Source: Haloferax volcanii DS2 (lineage in GTDB: Archaea; Halobacteriota; Halobacteria; Halobacteriales; Haloferacaceae). From it: DNA of 32,000 nt. The stretch's first letter is position 1. Every line of letters begins with the position of its first letter. The DNA lies in NCBI RefSeq assembly GCF_000025685.1, contig NC_013967.1, positions 30,001-62,000 on the forward strand. The letters run 5' to 3'. Made by a program: the position numbers and the translations under genes. A model generated the notes under the pieces. That model did no database searches. It saw only the letters and a program-made list of their open reading frames with translations, and was not told the DNA's origin. Shown in pieces: positions 7,234-16,305 of the stretch.

Positions 7234-9438
7234 TCAGGGCCGCGGCGGGTCGCCGTCGTAGGCGTCGTGGTCGGTGTAGAAGTTCAGCATCGCGAACTTG
7301 AGTTTGTTCGGCGCGATATCGACCATCTCGGAGCGTTCCTCGACCGGGAACGACCCGCGGACGCCGTACTTCCCCATCGAGGTGCTCTCGCGGGTGTACC
7401 GCTTGTCGGCCAGCACGCGGACACCGAAGTCGTCGGGCGCGCGGATGACCCGGCCGAGCGCCTGTCGGGTCTTTCGAATCGTCGGAATCTCGACGGCGTA
7501 GCGCCAGCCGGCGTCCTTTTTCCGACGGTAGACGCGGTCGTAGGCGTCCTGTACCGCCTCCAATCGCTCGGAGAGATGCGGGTAGGGTACGCCGACGACC
7601 ACGACCGTTCGGGCGTCGTCGCCGTCGAAGCTCACCCCCTCCGCGAGCGTCCCCCACAGCGAGGTGAGAAGCACCGCGCCGTCCTCGGCGACGAACTCCC
7701 GGCGCATCTCCTCGGCGCGGACGCCCGGTTCGTCTAAAAACAGCTCCGCGTCGACGTTCGGGTTCGCCCGCAGGCGCTCGTGGTAGCGCTCGGCCTCGGC
7801 GTACGACGGGAAGAACGCGAGCGTGTTCCCCGGCGTGAAGCCGGCGGCGTCCGCGAGCACCTCCTCGACCGTCTCCTGTGTGCCGGGGTCGTCGCGCTCG
7901 GAGGAGAACAGCGCGGGCAGCGAGACCGAAAACGTCCGGCGGTTCTCCTCGGGGTATTCGAGGCCGTAGGCCATCGTCACCGGGTCGTCGAGGCCGAGCG
8001 TGCTTTCCGTCACGTCGAACGGGCGGAGCGTCGCCGACATCAGGATGCTCGCGTGAACCTCCTCGAACAGCTCCTTCGTGACCTCCCGCGGGATACAGGT
8101 GTACAGTTCCGCGCGGCCGTAAATCTCGTCGGTGCCGCCGTCGCGGCGGACCGACAGCACCGGGTGGCGGCCGAGTTCGTCGCCCAGCTCCGTCCAGTCG
8201 GCGATGAAGTTCGCCGCCTGGAGCGTCTGGCACTCCTTGCGCGTCGTCGCCTCGCCGTTCTTGTACGCGTCTTCGTACTGCTCGTCTAACTGCTTGCCCA
8301 ACTGGAGCGCGAGTTCGACCTCCACGTCGATGCCGCGGCCCTCGTAGGATTGTAGGAACTCCATCGTCAGGTCGTCGCGACGACCCTGACTGGCGATAGA
8401 GAGGTCGTACCAGTTCTCACCGACCTGCTCGCGCTCGCCGAAGCCGAACGCCGATTCGTAGCTGTCGCGCAGCGCGTCGAGGAACGTTCCGATGACGTTG
8501 CGGGCGCTCTCGGCCCGCGAGTCGTCTTCGTCTTCCAACTCGGTCATCGCGCTTTCGAGCGTGTTCTCGGTGAGCGCGCGACTCGCGTGGTCGCGGGCCG
8601 CGCCCTCGATGTTGTGCGCCTCGTCGAACACCGTAATCACGTCGTCGGGGTCGCGGTCCAACCACCGGAAGAACTGCTCGCGTATCATCGGGTCGAGCAG
8701 GTGGTGGTAGTTGCAGACGACGAGGTCGATGCCCTCCATGCCCTCCTTGAGCAGTTCGTAGCCGCAGAGGTTCTGCTTGCCCGCGTACTCGAAAATCTCA
8801 TCGGGCGTCCGCACGTCGTCGAACAGCCACTGGAAGAACTCGTCTGTGTTCCGCGTGAGGTTGTTGTAGTAGTGCTCGCAGTAGTTGCCCTCCTTCAACT
8901 CCGCCAACTCGTCGTCGATGGCGTCGAGTTCGTCCGTGACGGCGCTTCGCGCGTCGGCCGCGCCGGACTCACCCTCTCGGATCCCGTCGAGGAGCGACTG
9001 CGTCTGCTCGGAGAGTTCGGCCTTGTCGGACTCCTTTTCGACGATGCTCCGGGTCGTATCGCGGAGGGTCTGACACTCCTGAAAACCCACGTCGATGTGG
9101 CACATCGAGGACTTCCCGCGGAACACCACCGCGCGGATGGCCTCCTCTCTGGTGATGGCGCGGGCGTCCTCGACGAACTGGCGCATCTGCTGGTGGACGT
9201 TCGTCGTGATGACGACCGTCTTGTCGTGCTCGCGGGCGTACGAGAGCGCGGGCACGAGCGCGGAGATGGTCTTCCCGGTCCCGGTCGCCCCTTCGAGGAG
9301 GACGTTCCGCTCGTCGTCGAGCGCGTCGGCGATGCCGGACATCGCCGCCTCCTGATTCGGGTACGGCTCGTCGTACGGGAAGAACCGCCACGCTCCGTCC
9401 GCGTCGCCGTCGTCGGGTGCGCCGTTGGCGTGGGCCAC
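7234..9438 (-). CDS. rad3: Rad3/XPD-family (DinG-like) ATP-dependent 5'-3' DNA helicase
   Basis: 734 aa. Walker A GATGTGKT, DEAH box VFDEAHNIEG, four spaced Cys (CHIDVGFQEC...NYCEH...NLCGY) consistent with the XPD Fe-S domain, and a C-terminal helicase C_2 region. GTG start. Confidence 0.9.
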   Translation of the reverse strand: MAHANGAPDDGDADGAWRFFPYDEPYPNQEAAMSGIADALDDERNVLLEGATGTGKTISALVPALSYAREHDKTVVITTNVHQQMRQFVEDARAITREEAIRAVVFRGKSSMCHIDVGFQECQTLRDTTRSIVEKESDKAELSEQTQSLLDGIREGESGAADARSAVTDELDAIDDELAELKEGNYCEHYYNNLTRNTDEFFQWLFDDVRTPDEIFEYAGKQNLCGYELLKEGMEGIDLVVCNYHHLLDPMIREQFFRWLDRDPDDVITVFDEAHNIEGAARDHASRALTENTLESAMTELEDEDDSRAESARNVIGTFLDALRDSYESAFGFGEREQVGENWYDLSIASQGRRDDLTMEFLQSYEGRGIDVEVELALQLGKQLDEQYEDAYKNGEATTRKECQTLQAANFIADWTELGDELGRHPVLSVRRDGGTDEIYGRAELYTCIPREVTKELFEEVHASILMSATLRPFDVTESTLGLDDPVTMAYGLEYPEENRRTFSVSLPALFSSERDDPGTQETVEEVLADAAGFTPGNTLAFFPSYAEAERYHERLRANPNVDAELFLDEPGVRAEEMRREFVAEDGAVLLTSLWGTLAEGVSFDGDDARTVVVVGVPYPHLSERLEAVQDAYDRVYRRKKDAGWRYAVEIPTIRKTRQALGRVIRAPDDFGVRVLADKRYTRESTSMGKYGVRGSFPVEERSEMVDIAPNKLKFAMLNFYTDHDAYDGDPPRP

Positions 9439-9461
9439 GGGAGAATCTCGGCCGCCATCCG

Positions 9462-9469
9462 ATTAAAAG
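9462..9469 (-). promoter_or_regulatory. TATA-like box (CTTTTAAT on the minus strand) for rad3
   Basis: AT-rich box 23 nt upstream of GTG 9438. Confidence 0.4.
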
Positions 9470-9585
9470 GCTCGGACCCCCCGACACCGCCGGACTCGAC
9501 AGGTCCGGTATAATGGTACCCCTGCGGTGCGGCGGTGCCGCCCGTCCGAGTGACCGTTATCGTGCCAGACGTTGGCACGCTAACC

Positions 9586-10056
9586 ATGGCCTCTGAAACA
9601 GCCACGACACGACTCGAATCGACGACGGCCACCTCTTGGCGCACCGGCGTCGCCGCCGGCTCGCTCGCCGCCGTCGTCATGGGAGCGATGATGGTCGTCC
9701 AGATGCGGCCGGTCCTCGAAGTCGCCATTCCCTCGATGTACGGCTTGACGGGCGGGGCCGCCGGCTTCACAATCCACGTCGCCCACGGCGCGATTCTCGG
9801 CGTCGCGTTCGCCGGCCTCGTGAGCGCCCTCGACTTCGACCTCGACGGTTCGCTCAGGTCGCTCGGAGCGGGCGTCGGCTACGGCGTCGTCCTCTGGGTC
9901 GTCCTCGCCGTCTTGGTAATGCCCGTGTGGCTCGGTGCGGTCGGCTCGCCCGCGAACCCGCCGCTCCCGAACGTGAACGTGACGAGCCTCGTCGGCCACG
10001 TCGTCTACGGGGCCGTCCTCGGGGCGTCGTACCCCGCGCTCGACGGCGTCTTCTGA
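9586..10056 (+). CDS. Hypothetical integral membrane protein (about 4 TM helices)
   Basis: Hydrophobic, G/A/V-rich with high GC3. No family recognised. The start is uncertain: ATG 9586 has a weak GTTATC box 24 nt upstream, while GTG 9535 lies 20 nt downstream of a stronger TATAAT at 9509..9514. Confidence 0.5.
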   Translation: MASETATTRLESTTATSWRTGVAAGSLAAVVMGAMMVVQMRPVLEVAIPSMYGLTGGAAGFTIHVAHGAILGVAFAGLVSALDFDLDGSLRSLGAGVGYGVVLWVVLAVLVMPVWLGAVGSPANPPLPNVNVTSLVGHVVYGAVLGASYPALDGVF

Positions 10057-10092
10057 GACGCTGAAAAGAGCGGCGACCGCTGCAGACCCGGA

Positions 10093-10992
10093 CTATTCTT
10101 CGAGCAGTTCGACGATGAGCCCTTTCTGGGCGTGCAGGCGGTTCTCCGCCTGGTCCCAGACGAGCGAGCGCTCGTCTTCGAGCACGTCGCCGGTAATCTC
10201 CTCGCCGCGGTGGGCCGGCAGGCAGTGCATGACCTTCGCGTCGGTGCTCGAAAGCAGGTCCTCGTTGAGTTGGAATCCCTCGAACGCCTGCAGTTTCTCG
10301 TGGCGCTGGTCCTCCTGACCCATCGAAATCCAGACGTCGGTGTAGACCACGTCCGCGTCCGCGACGGCCTCCTCGGGGTCGGTCGTAATCGTCGGCGTCG
10401 AGCCGAGTTCCGCCGCCTTCTCGAGCACGTCGTCGTCGACGCCGTACGCCGGCGGCGTCGCCACGGTGAGGTCGATCCCGGCCATCGCGCAGCCGAGGAC
10501 GAACGACTGGCCGACGTTGTTGCCGTCGCCGACCCACGCGGCCTGCACCTCGTCGAAGTCGCCGACGTGCTCGCGGATGGTGAGCAGGTCGGCGAGCGTC
10601 TGGCAGGGATGGGCGTCGTCGGTCAGACCGTTGATGACCGGCGCGTCGGAGTGTTCGGCGATTTCGAGCAGGTCCTCGTGGTCGAATAGGCGGACCATGA
10701 TGGCGTCGCCGTAGCGACCCAGCACGCGCGCGGTGTCCGAAAGCGGCTCGCCGTGGCCGAGCTGGATGTCCTCGGGGCCGAGGAACAGCGCGTGGCCGCC
10801 CAGTTCGGTCATCCCCGTCTCGAAGGAGACACGCGTCCGGGTACTCGGCTTCTCGAAGAGCATCGCCAGCGTCGCTCGGGTGAGCTGCGTCTCGTCGTCG
10901 CCGGACTTGATGTCGGCGGCGCGGGTGAGGACGCGGTCTAACTCCGATGCGCTGATGTCGTCGATGTCGGTGAAGTGGGTGGTTTCGAGCAT
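10093..10992 (-). CDS. argF: Ornithine carbamoyltransferase
   Basis: 299 aa from MLETTHF. Motifs: carbamoyl-phosphate site FEKPSTRTR, ornithine site DDAHPCQ...HCLP, and VGDGNNV. The ORF-track entry 10093..12096 is an artefactual upstream extension. Confidence 0.95.
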   Translation of the reverse strand: MLETTHFTDIDDISASELDRVLTRAADIKSGDDETQLTRATLAMLFEKPSTRTRVSFETGMTELGGHALFLGPEDIQLGHGEPLSDTARVLGRYGDAIMVRLFDHEDLLEIAEHSDAPVINGLTDDAHPCQTLADLLTIREHVGDFDEVQAAWVGDGNNVGQSFVLGCAMAGIDLTVATPPAYGVDDDVLEKAAELGSTPTITTDPEEAVADADVVYTDVWISMGQEDQRHEKLQAFEGFQLNEDLLSSTDAKVMHCLPAHRGEEITGDVLEDERSLVWDQAENRLHAQKGLIVELLEE

Positions 10993-11075
10993 TGTGTCGT
11001 GTGTCGTGTCTCCGTGTCGGTTCGTCGTCTCGGGTGTCTGGTCGTCGTCGCCGTTCGCCTCCGTCGCCGTCCGCC
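10993..11075 (-). other. lysK-argF intercistronic spacer with no U in the mRNA sense, containing a tandem 7-mer
   Basis: The plus strand of 10993..11075 contains no A at all. TGTGTCG is tandemly duplicated at 10993..11006, followed by GTCGTCGTC-type triplet runs. Confidence 0.7.
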
Positions 11076-12221
11076 TCAGTCGTCCGCGAGGCGCTCGCAG
11101 ACGTCGACGAGCACGTCGATTGCGCTGTCGAACTCGGCGAGGTCGAGATGTTCGTTCGGAGCGTGGTCGAGGTCGGAGTCGCCGGGGCCGTAGGTCGCCA
11201 TCGGGCAGTCCCACGTCCCGGCGAAGATGTTCATGTCGCTGGTCCCGGTCTTGCGGAGGAGCCGGGGCTTCACGCCGCCGACGTTGCGGATGGCGACGCG
11301 GAACGCCCGCGCCACGTCGGTGCGGGGGCTCATCATGACCGGCGGGATGGGCTTGTTCCAGTGGACGCCGCCGCGGGTGAGTTCGCTTTCCGCGACCTCG
11401 CGCACGTCGTCGATGGAGAGCCGTGGCGGGACGCGGAACTGCACGTCCACCGTCGCCTCGACCGCGAGGCCGTCTTCCGTCGGGCCGCCGTCGAACGTCA
11501 CGGGCTTGGTCGTCACCGTGTCGAAGACGCCGTCGCGGTCCTCGTCGAAGAAGTCGGCCACGCGGGACCACCACGCGACCGCGGACTGGATGGCGTTCTC
11601 CTCGGGGCGCGAGGAGTGACCCAGTTCGCTCGTCGAGATGTACGTCCCGGAGAGGAACCCGCGGTAGCCGAGCGTGACGCCGTCCCAGCCCGAGGGCTCG
11701 CCGTTGACGACCGCGTCGGGCTCCTCGCGGTCCTCCACGAGGTGCCACGCGCCGCGCGAGGAGGTCTCCTCGCCGACGACGCCGACGAACGAGACGCCCG
11801 TCTCGACGGCCGCCGCGGCCATCGTACAGAGCGGGCCGGTCGCGTCGACGCTGCCGCGACCCCAGAGCACGCCGTCTTCTACCTTCACCGGCACGTCGCC
11901 GGGGACGGTGTCGACGTGGGAGGTGAGAAGCACCGCGTCGTCGGCGGGCGCGCGGACGTTGCCGACCTCGTCTATCCAGACCTCGCGGTCGTGCGCCTCG
12001 AAGAACGCCTTCAGGACCTCGGCGGCCGCCTCCTCGTCGCCCGACACCGAGGGCGTCGAGACCATGTCGTAGAGGAGGTGGCGCGCGTCGACCCACTCGC
12101 CCTCGTCGAGAGCGTCGGTGTCGGCGTCCGCGTCGACCTCGGTGTCGGCCGCCGTCTCGGCCGCCGACTCCGCTTCGGTCTCCGACTCGTCGTGTCCCTC
12201 GCGGTCGATTTCGGCGTTCAT
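11076..12221 (-). CDS. lysK: [LysW]-ornithine/lysine hydrolase (M20 peptidase; ArgE/LysK)
   Basis: 381 aa from MNAEIDREG. M20 metal-site context LLTSHVDTVPG...GRGSVDATGP...GEETS. Its ATG overlaps the argD stop (ATGA at 12218..12221). The N-terminal 40 aa are highly acidic. Confidence 0.85.
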   Translation of the reverse strand: MNAEIDREGHDESETEAESAAETAADTEVDADADTDALDEGEWVDARHLLYDMVSTPSVSGDEEAAAEVLKAFFEAHDREVWIDEVGNVRAPADDAVLLTSHVDTVPGDVPVKVEDGVLWGRGSVDATGPLCTMAAAAVETGVSFVGVVGEETSSRGAWHLVEDREEPDAVVNGEPSGWDGVTLGYRGFLSGTYISTSELGHSSRPEENAIQSAVAWWSRVADFFDEDRDGVFDTVTTKPVTFDGGPTEDGLAVEATVDVQFRVPPRLSIDDVREVAESELTRGGVHWNKPIPPVMMSPRTDVARAFRVAIRNVGGVKPRLLRKTGTSDMNIFAGTWDCPMATYGPGDSDLDHAPNEHLDLAEFDSAIDVLVDVCERLADD

Positions 12222-13354
12222 GATAACACGTTCGTCATGGCGTCGACCGCGCGGTCGGCGTGTTCCTCCTCGATGACGAGCGGCGGCAGGAACCGGACGA
12301 CCGTCCGGCCCGCGGGGAGCGCGAGCAACTGCTCGGACAGCGCGAGGTGTTTCAGCGTGCGGTTCGCGCCGCGTTTGACCTCGACGCCGACCATGAGGCC
12401 GTCGCCGCGGACCTCGCGGACCGGCAGGTCGTGTTCCTCGACGGCGGCTTCGAGCTCCGTCGTGAGGTAGTCGCCCACCGCGGCCGCGTGGCCGGGCAGG
12501 TCCTCTTCGACGATGGTGTCGAGGGTGGCGTTCGCCGCCGCACAGACTACGGGACCGCCGGAGAACGTCGAGCCGTGAGAGGCCGCGCCGTCCGCAATCC
12601 AGTCGGCACAGAGCGTCGCGCCGAGCGGCAGGCCGTTGGCGATGCCCTTCGCGCTCGTGAGGATGTCGGGGACGACGCCGGCGTTCTCGCAGGCCCACAG
12701 CGCCCCGGTGCGACCGATACCGGTCTGAATCTCGTCGAAGACGAGCGCCGCGCCGGCGTCGTCGGTCAGGTCGCGGGCGGTCTGGAGGTACTCCGCCGCG
12801 GCGGGGTTGATGCCGCCTTCGCCCTGAATCGGCTCTAAGAACACGGCGGCCGTCTCGTCGTCGACGGCCTCGGCGAGTTCCGCTTCGTCGCCGTAGCTGA
12901 CGAACTCCACGCCGCCGGCGACCGGTTCGTAGGGCTTCTTGTACTTCTGTTTCCACGTGAGCGCGAGGCTCCCGAGGGTGCGACCGTGGAAGGCGCGCTT
13001 CGTGGCGACGATTTTCTGGCGGCCGGTCGCGGAGCGGGCGAACTTCATCGCCGCCTCGTTGGCCTCGGTGCCGGAGTTACAGAGCCAGACGTTCGAGATG
13101 TCGCCGGGCGCGAGCGTCGCCAGCTTCTCGTACAGTTCCGTGCGGACCTCGACGGGGTACGACGCCTGCACGTAGGTCAGCTTCGCGGCCTGCTCCTGAA
13201 TCGCGGAGGTGACAGCGGGATGGGAGTGGCCGAGCGCCGCGACGGCGTAGCTCGCGCCGAAGTCGAGGTACTCGGTGCCGTCGTCCGAGTAGAGATACGA
13301 CCCCTCGCCGGACTCGATGGCGATGGGTTTCTCGTTGAAGACGAAGCCGCTCAT
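12218..13354 (-). CDS. argD: Acetylornithine / [LysW]-aminoadipate semialdehyde aminotransferase (class III, PLP-dependent)
   Basis: 378 aa. Class-III aminotransferase features: LCNSGTEANEAAMKFAR, DEIQTGIGRTG, and a PLP-lysine context TSAKGIANG. Confidence 0.92.
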   Translation of the reverse strand: MSGFVFNEKPIAIESGEGSYLYSDDGTEYLDFGASYAVAALGHSHPAVTSAIQEQAAKLTYVQASYPVEVRTELYEKLATLAPGDISNVWLCNSGTEANEAAMKFARSATGRQKIVATKRAFHGRTLGSLALTWKQKYKKPYEPVAGGVEFVSYGDEAELAEAVDDETAAVFLEPIQGEGGINPAAAEYLQTARDLTDDAGAALVFDEIQTGIGRTGALWACENAGVVPDILTSAKGIANGLPLGATLCADWIADGAASHGSTFSGGPVVCAAANATLDTIVEEDLPGHAAAVGDYLTTELEAAVEEHDLPVREVRGDGLMVGVEVKRGANRTLKHLALSEQLLALPAGRTVVRFLPPLVIEEEHADRAVDAMTNVLS

Positions 13355-14334
13355 TGTTCGGCTCCCTCGGCTTCGACCAGCGCGCCGGGCGTCACGTGTG
13401 TGCCGCCGCCGTTGAGCGCCGTCACGATGGGGTCGTTCAGGTTCGCGTCGGCGACGACGACCTCGGCGGCCCCGCCGTCGAGCGCCTCCTTCGCGGCCAT
13501 GACCTTCTTGGTCATGAACCCTTCAGCGGCCGATTCGAGCGCCGAGAACTCCTCGGGCGTGTCGGCCGTCTCGATGAGCGTGGACTCGTCGTCGGGGTCG
13601 GCGTAGACGCCTTTCACGTCGGTGAGGACAACGAGTTTCGCGCCGAGCGCGCCCGCGACCGCGGCGGCGGCGCGGTCGGCGTCGGCGTTGACCGGCACGC
13701 CGTCGTCGGCGAGCATCGGAACGGTCACGATGGGCGTGTAGCCGCCGTCGAGGAGGGTTTCGAGGAGCGTCGCGTTCACCGAGGTAATCTTCCCGGAGTG
13801 GTCGCCGCGCTTGATTTTCTTCTTGCCGTCTTCGACGACGCGGACGGCCGATTTGCGCGGCCCGGTCAGGAGGCCGCCGTCGACGCCCGAGAGGCCGAGC
13901 GCGTCGACGCCCGCCTCGCGGAACAGCGCGGTCAGGTCGGTGTTGAGCTTGCCGGGCATCACCATCGAGAAGACCTCCATGGCGCGCTCGTCGGTGAAGC
14001 GGCCGGAGACGCCCGAGGGCGACTCGACGTACGTCGGCTCCTCACCGAGTTCTTCGAGCGTCTCGTCGACGGCGGTCGAGCCGCCGTGGACGACGACCAC
14101 GTCGGTGCCGTTGGCGACGAGGTGGGCCACGTCGGAGACGGCTCCCTTCGGGTCGACGGCCTTCGCGCCGCCGATTTTCACGACGACCGGCGGCTCCTTG
14201 CCCCCGTCAGCGCGGAGCGCTGACGAGGTACCGGAATCTCCGATTCCGATACCGCCGTCGGCGATGAGGTTGTCTTCGTTGTCGACGAGCTGTTCGTGTG
14301 CCGCGAGCAGTTCCTCGCGTGTGTATCCTGTCAT
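13351..14334 (-). CDS. argB: Acetylglutamate / [LysW]-glutamate kinase (ArgB/LysZ)
   Basis: 327 aa. Amino-acid kinase fold: VVVKIGGAKAVD...VVVVHGGS...GKLNTD...VNADADRAAAAVA. ATGA overlap with argD (13351..13354). Carries an N-terminal extension of about 49 aa. Confidence 0.9.
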   Translation of the reverse strand: MTGYTREELLAAHEQLVDNEDNLIADGGIGIGDSGTSSALRADGGKEPPVVVKIGGAKAVDPKGAVSDVAHLVANGTDVVVVHGGSTAVDETLEELGEEPTYVESPSGVSGRFTDERAMEVFSMVMPGKLNTDLTALFREAGVDALGLSGVDGGLLTGPRKSAVRVVEDGKKKIKRGDHSGKITSVNATLLETLLDGGYTPIVTVPMLADDGVPVNADADRAAAAVAGALGAKLVVLTDVKGVYADPDDESTLIETADTPEEFSALESAAEGFMTKKVMAAKEALDGGAAEVVVADANLNDPIVTALNGGGTHVTPGALVEAEGAEQ

Positions 14335-14388
14335 AGTCGAAATGGTGCGTGAATCGTGGGTCGGGGCGAGCGTTCGGGGGCGGTGCGG

Positions 14389-15432
14389 TCAGGGCGAGCC
14401 GACGGGGTGGAAGCCGGTGAAGTCGAGTCCGGCGGTCTCGTCCAACCCGAGCGCGATGTTGGCGGCGTGGACCGCCTGCCCCGCGGAGCCTTTCATCATG
14501 TTGTCGATGGCCGAGAAGACGACGAGTCGTCGGTTTCCGGGGTCGACTTCGAAGCCGACCTCGCCGTAGTTCGTCCCGGCGACCGACTTCGGTTCCGGGT
14601 AGCGGTAGACGCCGCCGCCGCCGGCGACGGTGCGCACGAACGGTTCGTCGCCGTAGGAGCCGCGGAACGCTTTCCACATGTCGCCCTTCGAGACGGGGCC
14701 GTCGGGGAAGACGTGACAGGTCGCCGCCGCGCCGCGGACCATGTCGACCGCGTGGACGGTAAACGAGACCGAGAGGCCGAGGTACTCCTCGATTTCGGCC
14801 TCGTGGCGGTGGCCGGTCGGCGCGTAGGGGCGGACGATGCCCGAGCGCTCGGCATGCGACGACGCCTTGCTCGCGCCCGCGCCGCCCTCCGACGAGCCGA
14901 CTTTCACGTCCACGACGACCTGCTCGTCGCCGGCGAGGATGCCGGCGTCGAAAAGCGGCTTGAGGCCGAGAATCGTCGCGGTCGCGTTACAGCCGCCCGC
15001 GGCGATGAGGTCCGCGCCGGGGAGGTTCTCGCGGTTCAGTTCGGGGAGCGCGTACTCCGATTTCTCCAGATACTCGGGGCAGACGTGGCCGTCGTACCAC
15101 TCGTCGTACTGCGCCGCCTCGGAGAGGCGGAAGTCCGCAGAGAGGTCGACGACGGTGTCCGCCGCGTCCTGAAAGGCGTCGATGTGCTCCATCGAGACGC
15201 CGTGGGGCGTCGCCGTGAACAGCACGTCGACTGATTCGAGGTCCTCCGGCGAGGTGAAACGGAGGTCGAGGTGACGAAGGTTCGGGTGGACGTGACCGAC
15301 GGTCTTGCGCTCGTAGGAGCGGCTCGTCGCCTGTTCGACCTCGAAGTTCGGGTGGCCGTCGAGCAGGCGGAGCAGTTCGCCGCCGGTGAAGCCGGAGCCG
15401 CCGACGACGCCCGCGGTGAGTTGGTCGCTCAC
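14389..15432 (-). CDS. argC: N-acetyl-gamma-glutamyl-phosphate / [LysW]-glutamyl-phosphate reductase (ArgC/LysY)
   Basis: 347 aa. Motifs: VVGGSGFTGGELLRLL (NADP binding), catalytic GCNATA, and C-terminal DNMMKGSAGQAVH. The GTG start overlaps the lysX stop (GTGA, 15429..15432). Confidence 0.95.
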   Translation of the reverse strand: MSDQLTAGVVGGSGFTGGELLRLLDGHPNFEVEQATSRSYERKTVGHVHPNLRHLDLRFTSPEDLESVDVLFTATPHGVSMEHIDAFQDAADTVVDLSADFRLSEAAQYDEWYDGHVCPEYLEKSEYALPELNRENLPGADLIAAGGCNATATILGLKPLFDAGILAGDEQVVVDVKVGSSEGGAGASKASSHAERSGIVRPYAPTGHRHEAEIEEYLGLSVSFTVHAVDMVRGAAATCHVFPDGPVSKGDMWKAFRGSYGDEPFVRTVAGGGGVYRYPEPKSVAGTNYGEVGFEVDPGNRRLVVFSAIDNMMKGSAGQAVHAANIALGLDETAGLDFTGFHPVGSP

Positions 15433-16304
15433 GCCGAGACCTCCGCCAGCGACTGCGCGCCGTCGGCCTTCGCTTCGAGCCAGTCGACGACCGTCGCGGG
15501 AACGTCCGCCTCGACGGCGTCGTTGAGCGCCTTGAACTCGACGGTGTGGTTGACCTCGTGGACGGTGTAGTCGTCACCCGTCTCCATGAGGTCGACGCCG
15601 AGCAGGCCGCCGCCGACCGCGTCGGACGCCTGCTTGACGAGTTCCTTCGCGCGGTCGTCGAGTTCGAACTCGTCGACGCTCGCGCCCTTCGCGGCGTTCG
15701 TGAGCCAGTGGTCCGACGAGCGGACCATCGCGGCCACGGGTTCGCCGTCGGTGGCGAGCACGCGGATGTCGCGGCCCGGCTTCTCGACGAACTCCTGGAT
15801 GTAGAACACCTTGTGCTCGTAGTTGCCGAGCGTCGACTTGTGTTCGAGGATGGCCTCGGCGGCCGACTCGGAGTCTATTTTCGCCATCAGGCGACCCCAC
15901 GAGCCGACGACCGGCTTGAGGACGCAGGGGTAGCCGAACTCCTCGACGATGTCCATCGCCGAGTCGACCGTGAACGCCACTTTCGTGTTCGGCGTGGGTA
16001 CGCCCGCGTCCGCGAGCGCGAGGCTGTTTTTCGCCTTGTCGGCGCAGATGTCGGCGGTCTCGTGGGAGTTGACGACCGGGATTCCGTACGACTTCAGGAA
16101 GCGCGTGATGTAGATGCTCCTGCTCGTCGCTAGACAGCGGTCGACCACCACGTCGAGTCCGTCGAACGATTCCGGCGGCTCCGTGAGGTCGAACTGCTCT
16201 TTCCGAACGTCTATCTTCGTCACCTCGTGGCCGCGGTCGCGAAGCTCGTTGAGAAGCAGCTTCTCGTCGCGGCGAATCCGGGAATAGAGCAGTCCAACGT
16301 GCAA
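15429..16304 (-). CDS. lysX: RimK-type ATP-grasp ligase LysX/ArgX (attaches glutamate to LysW)
   Basis: 291 aa. ATP-grasp features (DKAKNSLALADAGVPTP...YPCVLKPVVGSWGR...IQEFV...DIRV) and a position immediately downstream of lysW. TTG start. Confidence 0.9.
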   Translation of the reverse strand: MHVGLLYSRIRRDEKLLLNELRDRGHEVTKIDVRKEQFDLTEPPESFDGLDVVVDRCLATSRSIYITRFLKSYGIPVVNSHETADICADKAKNSLALADAGVPTPNTKVAFTVDSAMDIVEEFGYPCVLKPVVGSWGRLMAKIDSESAAEAILEHKSTLGNYEHKVFYIQEFVEKPGRDIRVLATDGEPVAAMVRSSDHWLTNAAKGASVDEFELDDRAKELVKQASDAVGGGLLGVDLMETGDDYTVHEVNHTVEFKALNDAVEADVPATVVDWLEAKADGAQSLAEVSA

Positions 16305-16305
16305 T

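Noticed and set aside
4949-8233. 1094-aa minus-strand ORF, the longest in the track
   Set aside because: Its translation is R/G/P/A-rich with no recognisable domain. It runs out of frame through the cytochrome P450 and Rad3 genes and antisense to the LigT-like gene, all of which have unmistakable motifs in other frames. This is a typical stop-codon-poor artefact of high-GC DNA.
10993-12096. N-terminal 368 residues of the 667-aa ORF 10093..12096, and likewise the 12222..12956 part of ORF 11076..12956
   Set aside because: These upstream extensions are out-of-frame read-throughs of the neighbouring lysK and argD genes, with Arg/Gly/Pro-rich translations. The conserved enzyme cores start at the internal ATGs 10992 and 12221. 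The latter is ATGA-coupled to the upstream stop.
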